DNA of 64,000 nucleotides from Octopus vulgaris (GCA_951406725.2 OX597828.1:186001-250000); one strand, 5' to 3'; shown: positions 38,794-53,851, numbered from the stretch's first letter. The notes: generated by a model not told the origin, from the sequence alone. Translations and numbers: made by a program.

Positions 38794-38851
<58 letters not shown>

Positions 38852-38908
38852 AATGTGATCGCGTGTGTACCGTTGGCGATTTTTTTCCTCTGTTTTCCCT
38901 TCTCCTAT

Positions 38909-38943
38909 GTTTCCGACGAAGAGCTCCGCTCGAAACGTTAAGC
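38909..38943 (+). ncRNA. Minimal hammerhead-like motif (U4C) in a short pLTR relic
   Basis: GTTT-CCGACGA-A-GAGC-TCC-GCTC-GAAAC-GTT-AAGC, lying between (TA)n tracts. Confidence 0.5.
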
Positions 38944-39038
38944 CCTCCTTCTTTCCTTCTTTCCTGAGCGTCCAATAATACTATATTTGTTCCACGTCCT
39001 CGCGTTGTTGTGTTTTTTTTGTGCTTTCTTGTTTGGAT

Positions 39039-39108
<70 letters not shown>

Positions 39109-39121
39109 CATATATACATAA

Positions 39122-39176
<55 letters not shown>

Positions 39177-39867
39177 AATGGTTTTGTTAAGTGGTGTTGA
39201 GTTTTACCATTCTGTAAATAATAATAATGGTATTTTTTACAAGCTTATATATATATATATATAATGTGACCCTCGTAGGCACAAGTCCGGGCAAGTTTGT
39301 TTATCGAAGACCAGCAGTTGCCCGAGCATACCAGCTTGGCACCAGTGACGACGCAGCTGATTTATTAACGTGCAAGTGGCTCAGCACTCCACAGACACGT
39401 GTACCCTTAACGTAGTTCTCGGGGAGATTCAGCGTGACACAGAGTGTGACAAGGCTGGCCCTTTGAAATACAGGTACAACAGACACAGGAATAAAGAGTG
39501 AGAGAAAGTTTTGGTAAAAGAGTACAGCAGGATTTACGACCATCTCCTGCCGGAGCCTCGTGGAGCTTTAGGTGTTTTCGCTCAATAAACACTCACAATG
39601 CCCGATCTGGGAATCGAAACCGCGATTCTACGATATATATATGCACACACACACACACACACACAACGGGTGCGGTGAATAAACAGTCGTCTAAATTACG
39701 CAATGGCTCAGTGGTTAGGGACAGCGGACTCGCGGTCGTAGGATCGCGGTTTCGATTCTGAGACCGAGCATTGTGAATGTTTATTGAGTGTTTATTGTAT
39801 GCATACACATATATATATATATATGTATGCATACATGCATGTATGTATGTATCTGTGTGTGTGTGTA

Positions 39868-39899
<32 letters not shown>

Positions 39900-39900
39900 A

Positions 39901-40154
39901 TGTTGTGTCTGAGGAGAGTAATTTTCTTTTTGTGCCTTATTATGTAACACACTCACCAGTAAAATTTCCACTTTTTTCTTATTTATATTGTCCTAAAATT
40001 TTCGTTGTGTCTTGCAATCTTTTCAATAGACTCAAAATTATTGAAAATTATTGAAATTTTAGGACAATATAAATAAGAAAAAAGTGGAAATTTTACTGGT
40101 GAGTGTCTTACATAATAAGGCACAAAAAGAAAATTACTCTCCCCAGACACAGCA
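39901..40154. repeat. Fold-back element, ~100-bp arms, with a UUGAAAA hammerhead-like motif on the minus strand (39992-40030)
   Basis: 39901-40001 is the reverse complement of 40054-40154; flanked by (TA)n. Confidence 0.8.
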
Positions 40155-40289
40155 GTATATGCTTCAACACACGAACTCATATAAATAATCTTGCAAACCA
40201 AATCCAAAAACGATACATATATATATATATGAAGATAGATAGATAGTTGGATAGACTAATAGATGCAGATATACATATATATACGTATG

Positions 40290-40945
40290 CAGGATGTGAT
40301 GTCGCCATCTTATATCTTTAATTTCGCGCATGCGCATTGTTTTTTTTTTGTTATTTTGTCGTCTACACAGTATTTTAAGGTCTCTTGGGCACCGTCTGTG
40401 AGAAAAGCAGCACCATGACGCAATTCACTCTGCCAGGAATTTGAAAACATGCTGTACTACTTGGTCTTCATGCCGGAAGCTCCAATACGAACATTTCAGA
40501 GTGTTTGGGTGTCAATCTGAGGACAGCGCAACTTGAGGACATGTACTGAGAGTGATAAAAATCAAGCATCTAGTTAACATCGTGGTGTTCGGCGTGATCA
40601 CAAGTGTAAGCGAACTTATGCCTTCACTCATCTTTCCGTATGGCCACAGTCTCAACACGGAGGCCTACATCACGTGCCTGGAGGAGGTAGTGGTACCATG
40701 GGTCAAGAGGGTGGCTGCTGGAAGACCCTATGTCCGTCAACAGGACTCTGCAACATGCCACACAAGCTGGGGAACCCAGTCGTGGCTGTCAGATAATTTC
40801 AGCGACCACATCACCCCGAACATCTCGTCACCTAACTCCCCAGATTGCAACTACCTTGATTACTATGTGTGGGGCGCAGTTCAGCGAGAGACCAACAAAA
40901 CTCCTTGTAGCACCAAAAATAAACTGAAGGCACGATATTGTAGCT
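40290..40945 (+). mobile_element. Tc1/mariner transposase relic, DD37D (maT-like)
   Basis: VVFGVI..QQD-37 aa-D (SPNSPDCNYLDYYVW); internally deleted and truncated by the adjacent LINE. Confidence 0.8.
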
Positions 40946-41625
40946 AGGACACTCTATAATGAAATCCGTCGGAAAGATAACCCGAGGACAAAGAAATAAG
41001 AACTAACAGTATGGTAGTATGGTAATAAAAAGGAGTACTGATGGAATGTCCCAGTGAAGACCGCAATAAGATGTAAGGACAACAGACCTGATATAATGAT
41101 TTGGGATAGAGAAGAGAAACTGTGCACAGTTGTGGAAATTAGCTTCCCAGCGGATGTTAACATAAAGCCAAAGAAAAATTTAAAAAGAGAATACCTATGC
41201 TGAACTATTGAGAAATCTGCAGTTACTCTATCCAGGTTACAAGTTCAGGTTTATACCAGTAATTGTTGGGGACCTGGGATATGTAGCACACTGTTTAAAT
41301 ACGAGTCTTAGGAAATAAGGCTTCTCAAAACAGGAAAGGAGAAAGCTGATTCGAAGACTACAGTTCCAATACATCACTGGGACTGTAAAAATCTGTAAAA
41401 CTTTCCAGAAGATTATCATTGAAGTATATATGAGCATGTCTAGATTTGCAACTATAAGCATGAGAATACATATATAAAGCAAAACATACAAATTTGCGCA
41501 TATAAATACATACATAGAAATATACCCTGTTGTTGATGTTGAAATTCTAATGAAAAAGCCTTGAATCTAGGTTAGAAACCGGCTCTTTCTCTATTGGCCA
41601 GAAATCTTGAAATAAAACTGAGATT
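40943..41625 (+). mobile_element. REL-endonuclease non-LTR retrotransposon 3' fragment (different family)
   Basis: NVPVKTAIRCKDNRPDIMIWDREEKLCTVVEIS, ending at a CATA-rich tract. Confidence 0.65.
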
Positions 41626-42376
41626 CATACACACATACATGCATGTATATTTCATGGCATACCTTAACACTAACTGAATACGTGCTATGGAACTGACCCC
41701 GCTAAAGGTGTCTTAAATGCTTTTAGCAGACTCTACTCTCATACAATCATTTGCGCCAGATTTCCGATTTGAGAGTTCGTTCTTCCCCACCGCACACTAC
41801 GTCACAAGCATCGGTGACCACATAATGAGTCATGGGCATTACCCCCTTCTGACTAAAAGCTTTTGGGAATTGTATCTTTCATCAGGCGATGTAAGAAGAC
41901 AAAATCCATCTGTAACCAGCATTTACCTAAGAGAAATATGTCGAAAAGCAGGCATTTATATATCCAACCGGCTAAAATCATCTTACGAGGAAAAATCAAT
42001 TCAAGTGTTCAGCATAGAATAAACTTCCGAAGAACGTACATCCTGAGCAATATAAAATAGATACGCATTCTATGAGGTACACCATAGTTAGTCTCAGCAA
42101 TGTACTATTCACTGAAAGTGCTCAATAAAATAGTCATAAAGCTATGAAATATTTGAGACCATGGTATAAGTCTACAGTAGAAAACAAGAAACGAATGTCC
42201 TGCTGATACTAATTACAAAGGAATTATACGGGATCTTTTATCAGCAAATTTACCATTGAGAAGATTTGCAGAAATTTCCAGTGTGAAGATAAATGTTGAG
42301 AGATTGTGTGAAATAGCTAATCGTTTCCGAGTGAAACTTTGGTTACACACACACACTCAGACGCACGCACGCACGC

Positions 42377-42489
<113 letters not shown>

Positions 42490-42586
42490 CTCTTATCAGT
42501 GAGATCGAAACCGGTTCTTCACAACTGCAGAGCTTAGATATTTATGCAGACTGTGTGCGCGAGTGTGTGCATGTGTGTGCGTGATG

Positions 42587-42631
<45 letters not shown>

Positions 42632-43450
42632 CCTGTGTGTGTGTGTGTATCTATGTGTGTACATCTGCGTGTATCCTGATTGCATCAACTTGACACACAA
42701 TGCTCATATCATTACTCACTCCATACATATATTCATACCTACCCACCTACATCCATGCAAACAAGTCATTCAACAAACAACAAAATATCAAAGTATAAAT
42801 CGCCCCCATCGATCATTTAGAAAAAACACTCTAAATGACTAAAAGTACAAACACAACAATAAAACATCTCACGTGACATATATGTACATCCGGCTGAAAT
42901 ACCTGCATCACTAAATGACAAGCACCAATATCGACCTATCGACTTCCTTCTTGCCAGTTTACAGCCATTATTACACACGACACGTGTTTCGAAAACGATA
43001 GGTGCCTTCCCTCGCTGTACACGGGCACAAACCACCACCATCACCACCAACCCACAGACATGCTATCATATGTATGTATGCATTTGTATGCATGTATGTA
43101 TGTGTGTATGTGAGTGTGTGTACAGAGGAAGGGGGAAGGTTATTTCGCATTATAATTGAACAAAAATGAATTAATTTGTCATTTGTTCATCTGTTTTTCA
43201 TTTCACCCCTCCCCTCTCTCTCCCTATTTGTAAATTTTGTAAATAACACAAACACACGCACACACACACACAAACACACACAAACACACAGACATGTGTA
43301 CGTGTGTGTGTGAGTGTGTATTCATGTATATTCATAAATATATATATAAATATGTGTATATATATATGTATATATATATATATACAAAATGAGAAAATGG
43401 AGAAACACCTAAATCAATCATATATATATATATATATATAGCGTATATGA

Positions 43451-43486
<36 letters not shown>

Positions 43487-43524
43487 CGTATATGAGTGTA
43501 TATATATATATATAGCGTATATGA

Positions 43525-43569
<45 letters not shown>

Positions 43570-43678
43570 CTATAGACATCTTGTCTAGTCAAGTTTAGTC
43601 AAGTTTTCTTGTTCTTTGTTTTTGTTTTCTTTGTCTTTGTCAGTTTGTTTCTCGACTTTTCATTATACAAACATACAC

Positions 43679-43787
<109 letters not shown>

Positions 43788-44391
43788 GACCTTATTTGTT
43801 TATTTCTCTTTATTTGATGAGTGTGTAAAGCTGTGTGGGTTTGTAGGTGTGTAGTTTAGAGATAGTTCTGAATCACGTGCGTGTATCTTTTAGTTCCAAT
43901 AAAAATATTTCTTTTGAATTTAAATAATGATAATCGAATTCCTTAGAAATAATAATACTGGATTCTTTGAGGGGATGGTTAATGCTCTTGTTTATCTTTG
44001 ACATTCTTCTATAGACAACGACATTCAGTTCTTTATCACCAGTGTTCTTGCTGGTGTTACTATTACTGTTGTTGTTCTTTAGCCCCAGGTCAACCTCGTC
44101 GTGCTGAACCTACATCAAAGACTTTGTGGTGACGGCTCCAGCCGTTACCAGAGTCACTGTTTTGTTTTGTTTTTTGTTTGTTTTTTTTATGTTTTTTTTT
44201 CTCTACCTCTTGTGTAATTGTGGACTGCATTCTCCACTGCATCTTTCCGTTATCCCTTTGGGTCTGAAATGAGGGACATTTGGATAGTATTTCTAGCAGT
44301 ATGAGTTATCCTTTGGAGAGGCTCCCTTGTTGAGCCATCATCACCTTTGTTGATGTCCATTTGTAAAGGAATAGAAATTGTTGTTGTTGTT

Positions 44392-44446
<55 letters not shown>

Positions 44447-45268
44447 CTCCCACTATTTTCACAGCTCACCATTCTCGAGAGAGTCATGGCGGTAGAATCA
44501 TCAGACACCTCATCCATAGAGTTCTGTCAGAAGCAATCATGACACTTTCTTGCTGGATTCCTAAGTGTGGCCACCTAAAACTACGGATATCAACCGTAGT
44601 CTCAGCTGGTCACGCTTGGTCTATCTCAAATTTTCCTGTCGGATCGCTCGGTCTGAGAGATCCGCCTTGCGAGGGTTCTTCCCTACGACATTATAATCAC
44701 ATGTCCACAGTACGGAAACTTTGACTCTTAATGCGGATAAGTTGCAACTCGACTTGAAGAGACTTACTAATCTCCGAGCTACGCACTCTATCGAGTAATG
44801 TTGGTCTAGAGATCCTTCGGAGAAACCCTATCTCTGTCGTAGGTATTTGCGATCGAACTCTTCCGGTCATTGCTCGTCATTGGTAAACGTAGATGAAGAG
44901 ACTTCAAACTGGCCAGTATAGTATTCTAGCGGATCCTGCGTCGAATTCCTAACAAAAAACCCTCTTAAACACCTGCCATCCATAACTTGGCCAGGGTTCT
45001 CTCTCTCAAAAAAAAAAAATGCATGTTTGGGTGGAGAATGAGGAACAGAAAGAGGAAAAGGAGGAGGGGGAAGACGAAGAAGACAAGGAAGACGAGGACA
45101 ACGAGGAAGAGGAAGACGTGGAAAAAAGGAAGAGGAGTATGAGAGAGTCCATTGTTGATTTCCTAAATCAAGTAACAGTCATCATGTCATATCTTCTATA
45201 GGATTTGATTGACTCCATTGAGGCAGAGCTTAAACAGAGAAGATATTATTATTATTATTATTATTATT

Positions 45269-46043
45269 CTATGTTTAACTTTTGCTTTACATTTGCACAA
45301 GCTGGCTCCAAGTCTCACCCAGACACCTCAAGTGACAACAAGTTGGAAGTTCATGCTGGTGTTATTCCTGGGGTGCCGTATATTTGGTTTTGTACTTAGT
45401 GTTGTTCTAGAGAATGTTTAAGAAACCATAAGAAAATTATGTTCGTTTATTTTGCGTAGGATATGAGCAGTTCCCATGAGCACTATCTTTTGAATTTCTG
45501 CCATTTTGGGGGTTTCCTGATATCTGAGTAAGGTAGCAATCAGCCCCTTTTGCTATCATTCCCAGGGCACCTATGACAACAGGTATTCTTTTAATCTTCA
45601 GGTTCCACATTTTGCTGATTTCTATTTCAAGATCTTTATATTTGCTCGGTTTTTGGTAGGTCTTGACAGATACGTTTATATCGATTGGGACAGTCATATC
45701 AATGAGGAGGCATGATTTTTGTCTGAAGTCTTTCAATATGATGTCTGGCCTATTCGCATCTATCTTTCTGTCAGTTTGAATGGTGAAGTTCCAGAGGAGT
45801 GAGATGTGGTCATTTTCAAACACTGGTAGTGGTTTGTGTTCCCACCAGTTTTTATCATGGGGCAAGTCCAGACTTTTGCAAATTATATTGAATATATTGT
45901 GCAGCTCTATCATGCCTGTTGAGATACTTTGTAGGCGCAAGAAGACAACATGATCAATAGTTTCATTTTGTTGTTGACATGCACGACATGTTGGGCTACT
46001 GCTGTTCTTTAATATGTTGGCCTGGTAGCTCCTTGTAGGTAGG

Positions 46044-46045
<2 letters not shown>
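45269..46045 (-). mobile_element. Dong/R4-like LINE 3' fragment
   Basis: WWEHKP..LLWNFTIQTDRKIDANRPDIILKD..LIDMTVP..KYKDL..VVIGALG, between (ATT)n tracts. Confidence 0.85.
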
Positions 46046-46139
<94 letters not shown>

Positions 46140-46152
46140 TATTATTATTATT

Positions 46153-47033
46153 GTTCAGTAGTTTTATTTTATAGCGTGCTTTCACTTCACTATCGAGCGC
46201 AGCTCTGTGTGCCTTGGGTATGTGCTGTGATTTGTTGTGATGCTCTGATGGTTATTGTATAGAAAGTGTTCTGCGTAGGATGTGTGCAGTGCCTAGTAGT
46301 GCAATTTTCTGTATGTTATATGTGTTTGTAAGTCATGGTGTTTTTGTTATGTATTTGTCTGAATATTTTTTTATCATGCCTAATGCACCTACTATGATAG
46401 GAATTGTTTCTGTTTTCAGATTCCACATTCTAGTTACCTCTATTTCCAGGTCTTTGTATTTTGAGAGTTTCTCCATTTCTTTTAGAGACACGTTGTCATC
46501 TGCCGGTATTGATACATCAATTAGAAAGCATTTTTTTCTTCATGATCTCTGACAACTATATCTGGTCTGTTGGCCTTAATTTCTCTATCTGTGTGTATTG
46601 GCATATCCCAGAGTATGGTTGCTTTCTCGTTTTCGGTGACCTTTTCTGGTGTGTGCCTATACCATCTTTTTTCTGTTGTTATTCCATAATGTTGGCATAG
46701 CTTCCAATGTATGTAGGTTCCAACTCTGTCATGTCTGTGAATATATTCCTTCTTAGCCAGGACTGGGCAGCTAGAGATAATATGATTTATTGTTTCTTGT
46801 CCATCTCCACATATTCTGCAGTTACTTGTAATATTTCTTTTCATTACATGTTTTTGGTAATTTCTGGTGGGGAGGCTTTGGTCTTGTGCTGCAATTAAAA
46901 ATCCCTCTGTTTCTGCTTTGAGTCCTGAGCTTCTCAACCATTGCTGGGATTTTTCTTTGTCTATTTCTTTTGCGTTTAGTTTAGTGCAGTATTTATCATG
47001 GTTCGTTGCTGTTCTATTTTTAGTTTGGATTTC
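46153..47033 (-). mobile_element. Dong/R4-like LINE 3' fragment, near-identical to 34798-35366
   Basis: LKAETEGFLIAAQDQ..CRIC..ETINHIISSC..RHD..NRPDIVV, between (ATT)n/(TAA)n tracts. Confidence 0.88.
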
Positions 47034-47128
<95 letters not shown>

Positions 47129-47149
47129 TACTATTACTATTACTATTAC

Positions 47150-47210
<61 letters not shown>

Positions 47211-47212
47211 GA

Positions 47213-47538
47213 AGGCGGCGAGCGGGCAGAATCGTTAGCACGCCGGACGAAATGCTTAGAGGTATTTCGTCTGAGAGTTCAAATTCCGCCGAGGTCTTCT
47301 TTGACTTTCATCCTTTCGGGGTCGATAAATTAAGTAACAGTTGAGCACTGGGGTCGATGTAATCGACTTGCTCCTTCCCCCAAAATATCAGGCCTTGTGT
47401 CTATAATAGAAAGGATTTTTATTGAAGGCGGCGAGTTGGCAGAATCGTTAGCACGCCGGGTGAAATGGTTGGCGGCATTTCGTCTGCCGTTATGTTCTGA
47501 GTTCAAATTGTGGCAAAAATTTGAAATAACTAAATAAC

Positions 47539-47603
<65 letters not shown>

Positions 47604-47746
47604 GGTCGACTTTGCCTTTCATCCTTTCGCGGTTGATAAATTAAGTCCCCTCCCACCAAATTTCAGAATTTTTGTCTATAGTAGAAATTATTATCATCAT
47701 CATCATCATCATCATCATCATATCATCATCATCATCATCATCATCA

Positions 47747-47813
<67 letters not shown>

Positions 47814-48216
47814 CAAGGTGACGTGCAGTAGAATCGTTAGCGCACCGGACAAAATGCTTAGCAGCCTTTCTTCCGATTTTACGTTTTGTATTAAAATTCC
47901 GCCATGGTTGACTTTGCTTTTCATTCTTTTGGCGGTCGATAAGATAAGTATCGAATAGATCTCTTCCTTTAAATTGCGAGCATTGTACCTGTAGAAGAGA
48001 AAGGGATAACCAGTCCTCCTGGTGATCCATTTCCTTCTTGCTGTCGCATGATGATGCAACGAGATAACGTTATAACAACTGGGTGTTGCTGGACGAGGTA
48101 ATCCGTCGCTCTCTTCTTACTCGTGGGATCCTAGCATGAACAAAATTATTATTATTATTATTATTATTATTATTGCAAATGTTGCTGCTCTAGAAACAGC
48201 ATTTTCCTTTCTTTTC

Positions 48217-48254
<38 letters not shown>

Positions 48255-48345
48255 CTATTATTATTATTATTATTCCTTCTTATTGTGCGGCGAGCGGGCA
48301 GAATCGTTAGCACGCCGGACGAAATGCTTAGAGGTATTTCGTCTG
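47213..48345 (+). mobile_element. Cluster of (TAA)n-associated SINE copies (GGCGGCGAG.TGGCAGAATCGTTAGCACGCCGG family)
   Basis: Heads at ~47215, 47426, 47817 and 48288. Further copies at ~10117, 13660, 37900, 58300-58488 (-) and 60080-60273 (-). B-box-like GAGTTCAAATTCC. Confidence 0.75.
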
Positions 48346-48553
48346 TCGCTATTTCTCACGTTCCAGAAAATAGCAAAGTAACCAGAATCTGTAAAGATTG
48401 CTGTGAAATATGCAATTGAAGAGGTTACGTCATGAGAGATGTGGCCATTATCTCATTTCTAAATGATATAATAACAGGAACAGTCGTCGGCGATCTGCAA
48501 ATATACCTTTTCCCTTACACACACATGTATTATATACAAATTTATCTATGTTA

Positions 48554-48594
<41 letters not shown>

Positions 48595-50065
48595 ATTTAT
48601 ATTCATTTAATATATATTAGCATATACATCTTTGTGTTTTGATAAGTAGATAGACAGATACTGAAAAATGACTTAGCTTTCTTATAACCTTTCATATAGC
48701 TTGCATAAAATATATATCCAATATATTTTATAAGTGCGTATTTTTAAGCATATGAGTGTATATATAAATGAGATCAACATCCATCTACTGAAGTAATACT
48801 TTGGCACGTCATCAGTGTTGTATCCTGGGGTCATCGGGTGTTTCCGGTCTTACAACATACGCCGTCATTTTGAAACTCGCCCTAGGTTTATCAGTCCAAA
48901 GCCTTTTTTCTAAACGGCACTCAGCTGGCCCCCGCCCATTACCTCTTCTTAGCTAGAACCTGCTAGACGCTTCTCAACAGTCTTTATATTATTCTTGCTT
49001 GCTCATCTTTCACCCATTTCTGTAATGCACAAAGTTCCATAGACCTTTCACAGAGAATGACCTGAGACCCCTCCACTGTCAGCCCCACTGGAGAATATCC
49101 TTTCTTGTACCAACCCTCATAATACGTAGTTCACTTCCTCTTTGCGTAGTCCTTATAATACATAGTCCTCAATACGTAGTTCCATAAACTCTATGGATTA
49201 AAAACAGGATCCTCTGCAGGTTCCTCTTCCAGATCTGTCAACTGACATCCCACTACACTTCGCAAGGAATTGAACTCACAAAAAACCTGACCACTAAGCC
49301 ATGGGCCTTCATATATATATATACACTGCACGTATTCCTATTTATCTCCTCTTCTATCTTTTCTCTTGTCAAAAGCAATATTTCTCCAGCGTTCACTACT
49401 TTACCTCGTCTGCTCTACCGACCTTCCATGTTTTCGATCGGTTTGATTTTATGTCTCCACTGTCCTGCTTTTGTTACCAACTTTGACCTGCAGCAAATCC
49501 CAAATTTTATTTTGGTTCGCGGGAGCAACTGCCTTAAACGTTTTATATTATCGTTCAGTGCTCGAAATAAGGAGTAGAAAGGCAACCGACAACTGATGAA
49601 GGGTAGTTTTTTATGTTACTTGTCTTATTTCCATTTGTTTCTCTCGTTGTTTGCGTACCCAACTTTATTTTCGTATTTCATGTTCTTTACGTTTTGTGAC
49701 GTCCAGTACCCATATATGCAAGTCTATATACACATATATGTATGTATATACATATATGTATGTATATATGCATATATACATATATATATATTTCTATTTA
49801 TATATATATATAGCTATTTATGTTATACATATGTATGTATATATAAATACACACATACACACACACATATATTTATTTACACCCTCATACACACACAAAC
49901 ACAGATTTATAGTTTGTAGATATCTTCACATTAAATCTTATACTTGTATTTTTAATTGTATACAATATTAAATGTATATATAACGTCTTCCGCTTTATTT
50001 TTCTCTCCCCCCCACATTTCAACACACAACATACACACACATACAATATATACACATACATACAG

Positions 50066-50230
50066 AAGCCGTTAGGGTTGTTTGCGATAATTGATGAAGA
50101 ATCTCGCTTCCCCAAAGCGACTGATGCAAGTTTACTGGACAAGATGGCGGCTAACTGCCAAAACCCGAAACTTTTCCAAAAATCCAAGACCAGTAATTAC
50201 GTCTTCACTATTCGTCACTATACAGGAGAA
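50066..50230 (+). CDS. Myosin exon J (KPLGLFAIIDEESRFPKATDASLLDKM..FTIRHYTGE)
   Basis: tacAG / GTaagt, phase 0-0. It continues exon I (..DMFLA|KPLGL) across a 27.9-kb intron. Not in the ORF track. Confidence 0.95.
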
Positions 50231-50604
50231 GTAAGTAACTATTTTATTTGATTTGATTTTTTTATTTATTATTATTTTATGATTTACTCTTTTCAATTTT
50301 TCATGTCTTCCCTTTTACTAGTCTCAGTCGCTGCACTACAGCCATGCTGGAGCACTGCCTAGAAGTGTTTAGTCGAAAAAAATCAACCCCACTATTTCTT
50401 TTTAAGTCTAGTACTTACCAGTTTTTCTTGCAGAACCGCTGCGTTAGGGGGTGGTGGTGCAAACAGAACCAGTGACACGCACACAGTACTCGAGCGCGCG
50501 CGCACACACACACACATATATATGTGTGTGCGTGTGTAGAATATGTATATAGATATTATATATTAATACAATATTATATTATATTATATTATATTATTTA
50601 TATA

Positions 50605-50680
<76 letters not shown>

Positions 50681-51144
50681 TTTACAGCTTCATTGACGGC
50701 ATCATCATAAAGGAAGCGTTCAGCAAATAAAATTAAATCTCAGGTACACGATAAAACCGACGACGTGTGCATTTTTTAAACAAATTGGTTGCTGAAACGC
50801 ATATCTGAGTCTATCAAAGGTCAAATAACATATCGGAATGTAGCTCCTTTCAATGAAATTCTTCCCTTCATGAAACACCCAATTAACGATATTCCATCTG
50901 GAAGTATAATTTAATTTAATTTAATTTAATTTCTCAAATTGATTTAATTGTAGGTGAAATTGTTATTGTTCAGAATTCTATTACGTTGTTTTCCCATTTT
51001 CTTTTTCTTGTACATAGAAAATAGTATACTCATATCCATCAATGTAAAGTTAACATCTTTGCCTTTTCACTGATACACTGGATAAAACCGGGAAACTTGG
51101 ATGCGGATATCTCCTTAAGAGGGTTTATAACCTTGATTTAGTTT

Positions 51145-51250
<106 letters not shown>

Positions 51251-51509
51251 CATGTGTGTGTGTGTGATATATTTGGGCGTAAGAACTTTAGGGAAAATAG
51301 GAGTCATATTTCAACACTAGGTAGATATGGTGTTTTTACACCTTTTACTTTAAGTGGGAATTTTTTCTCCACGATAACAGAATAAATTTAACTTGAGAAG
51401 TTGAAATTGTTGTTGTTGTTGTTGATGATGATGTTGCTTTTGCTGTCGTTGTTTTGACTATTATTATACCAAGAAAATGTTCCAGAAATTAAACTACTTT
51501 CCATTCCAG

Positions 51510-51655
51510 CCCCTAGAATACTACACATCCGGCTTCTTGGAGAAGAACAGAGACAATCTGAGTCCTTGTCTTTTAGAATGTATGAAATGTAGCAACAACC
51601 AGTTGGTTAGTGATATGTTCCTCACCAAACTCTCTCACAGAGGAACCATCTCAGA
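51510..51655 (+). CDS. Myosin exon K (PLEYYTSGFLEKNRDNLS..S.NQLVSDMF..)
   Basis: ttccAG / GTatgt, phase 0-2, GFLEKNRD motif. Confidence 0.92.
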
Positions 51656-52749
51656 GTATGTATTCCATTACAATGCTTTGCTGTGTTTTACTTTGTTTTT
51701 TTTTGTAGTAGTTGTTGTACTTGTTTTTGTTGCTGGTGTTGTTGTGATTGTCGTCCCATTATAACGCCATTCCGTTTTAACGGCACCACTCGGTCGTCAA
51801 GGAACTCTACCAAATATCACTGTATTGCAAATATTCCGATAAGACATCCGGCACCACCACCACTCACATTGTTGTGAATTAAGGCCAATACACTCTGTCA
51901 ACCTTGACGAAAGGCATTCCACCTGTGACCATCCTGTCTTTCTAGAAGCATGCAGGACATCAGCGCATAGATTAGTGGTCAAACTGTTGGACACGCGATC
52001 GCAACGGCGTGATTTCAATTGTTGGAGCAGGCAGTAAGATGTGTCCTTGGGCAAGGCACTTTATTCTGTGTTGCTCTTGTCGATCAAGCCGAAAATGAGT
52101 TGTTTCTGGTGTTCAGTGACGTCACAGACTTTAAGACCCAAATCTTATAAATACAAGACGTCAACGATCCTTAATGGTTACAGCATACAGGAGGAGGAGA
52201 AAGAGGAGAGAAAAGAAGATGAGGAAAAGGAGAAAGAGCCGCTTCTCTACTTCTCCTGACTGAACTAACCATTCACCAAATGTTGGTATTTGAGATAGTA
52301 TTAGTAGCAGCAATACCAATGGTGATATTAGTGGCATTAGTTAAGTACGGAAGGCGATTGCGGAGTGAGCTGGTGAGGGTTGCCATTAGGCAACTGTTGG
52401 ATTTTTAACCCATTCTAACTTGTTTCGATTACGATGTTTTCTTAGAGAAATGTTATAGCATATATATATATATCCTTGCAGTCCGTTGACGGGGGACGTT
52501 TTTGAGTACGCGTATAAAAGCTTCTATTTTATTTTGTGGGCTACGACCTAGGGATTCCAACCTGCCACTACAGTCTTATGGGATCACACCGAGTTGCGCC
52601 GACATAGCATAGGATGAATATATTAATGATAAAAAATAATTAAGGGATGGAATTTATAAATATTTTGATATTAAAATATTCATTCATGGACTATTTTTAT
52701 TACCATTATTATATGAAAATGAGTGCACAGCACCGTATTGGTGGACAGA

Positions 52750-53050
52750 ATTTCTTTACTTGTGTATTAAAGTTACCATTGGTTTCATGTGAAAAAAAAA
52801 TCTTAATATCGTAACAATTTTTTAAGCCTATCACATGGAGGAATGCTGTTTGTCTCCATTTTGTATATAAACACAAAGTCTCGCTGAATTCGCAGAGATC
52901 CTGGCGAAGAGAATTCAACGAGACCGTATTTTTATCGAAAATGGAGATGAACACCATTCCTCCATGTGATCGTACTGAAGAATTGTTAAGATATTAAGAT
53001 ATGTTTGTTAACATTAAATCCATGCTAGCTTTAATACATAAATAAAAAAT
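52750..53050. repeat. Old degenerate fold-back (MITE-like)
   Basis: Arms at ~52750-52891 and 52911-53050, e.g. ATCACATGGAGGAATG / CATTCCTCCATGTGAT. Confidence 0.7.
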
Positions 53051-53350
53051 ATTATTATATATATACATTTATATATTCTTTTACTTGGTTTAATCATTTG
53101 ACTTCAGCAATGCTGGAACACCGCCTTTAGCCGAACAAATCGACCCCAGCACTTATTCTTTGTAAGTACTTATTCTATCGATCTCTATTGCAAACCGCTA
53201 GGTTACAAGGACGTAAACGCACCAACATCCGTTGCCAAGCGAACGGGAGGGACGAACACACACACAAATATATACATTTCTCATGATTGGTATTTAGGCA
53301 GTGCTACTTTTCCCAGAGCCCCAATATGTATGTATGCATGTATGTGTGTA

Positions 53351-53413
<63 letters not shown>

Positions 53414-53851
53414 ATTATTACTTAGGATTAAATGATCTTTTTGTGTAACAATATACACGATTTCGCTGTATCTACACAGCTGTTGGTCAGGTTTAGTTCG
53501 TTCTACCCAAGACTCTCTCGCATTCATAACGCTTAGAAATTGTTGTATAAGCAACATTGAAAAAGAAATGTTTAACAATGACATATTTTTAGCATTGAGA
53601 AACAATTTGCAATAAATGTGAGGATGAAGGACATACATTAAATTTGCACATGCCCAGATATTCACCCACACATAAATATGTTTGCGTCTGCGTGGTGCGT
53701 CTACGTGTGTGTATGTATACCTGAGTTTTAAGTATATATGTGTCCTTATACATATCTATGTATACACATACAGACGCTCACCAATAACCATATAACTCTA
53801 TACACACACAAATATTATGTACGTGTGAGTGAACACACACATATATACATA

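Noticed and set aside
43420-43530. Repeat-spacer pattern GCGTATATGAGTG x3 (CRISPR-like?)
   Set aside because: The spacers are only (TA)n; this is slippage duplication in eukaryotic DNA with no cas genes.
44460-44900. RTE/L1-like LINE traces (also ~18990-19210, 48780-49290, 54605-55150, 62520-62600)
   Set aside because: Too decayed to assign family or boundaries reliably by eye.
49540-49720. CTGATGA in a repeat shared with ~1850-2285
   Set aside because: No downstream stem II + GAAA + NUH; probably a decayed repeat end.
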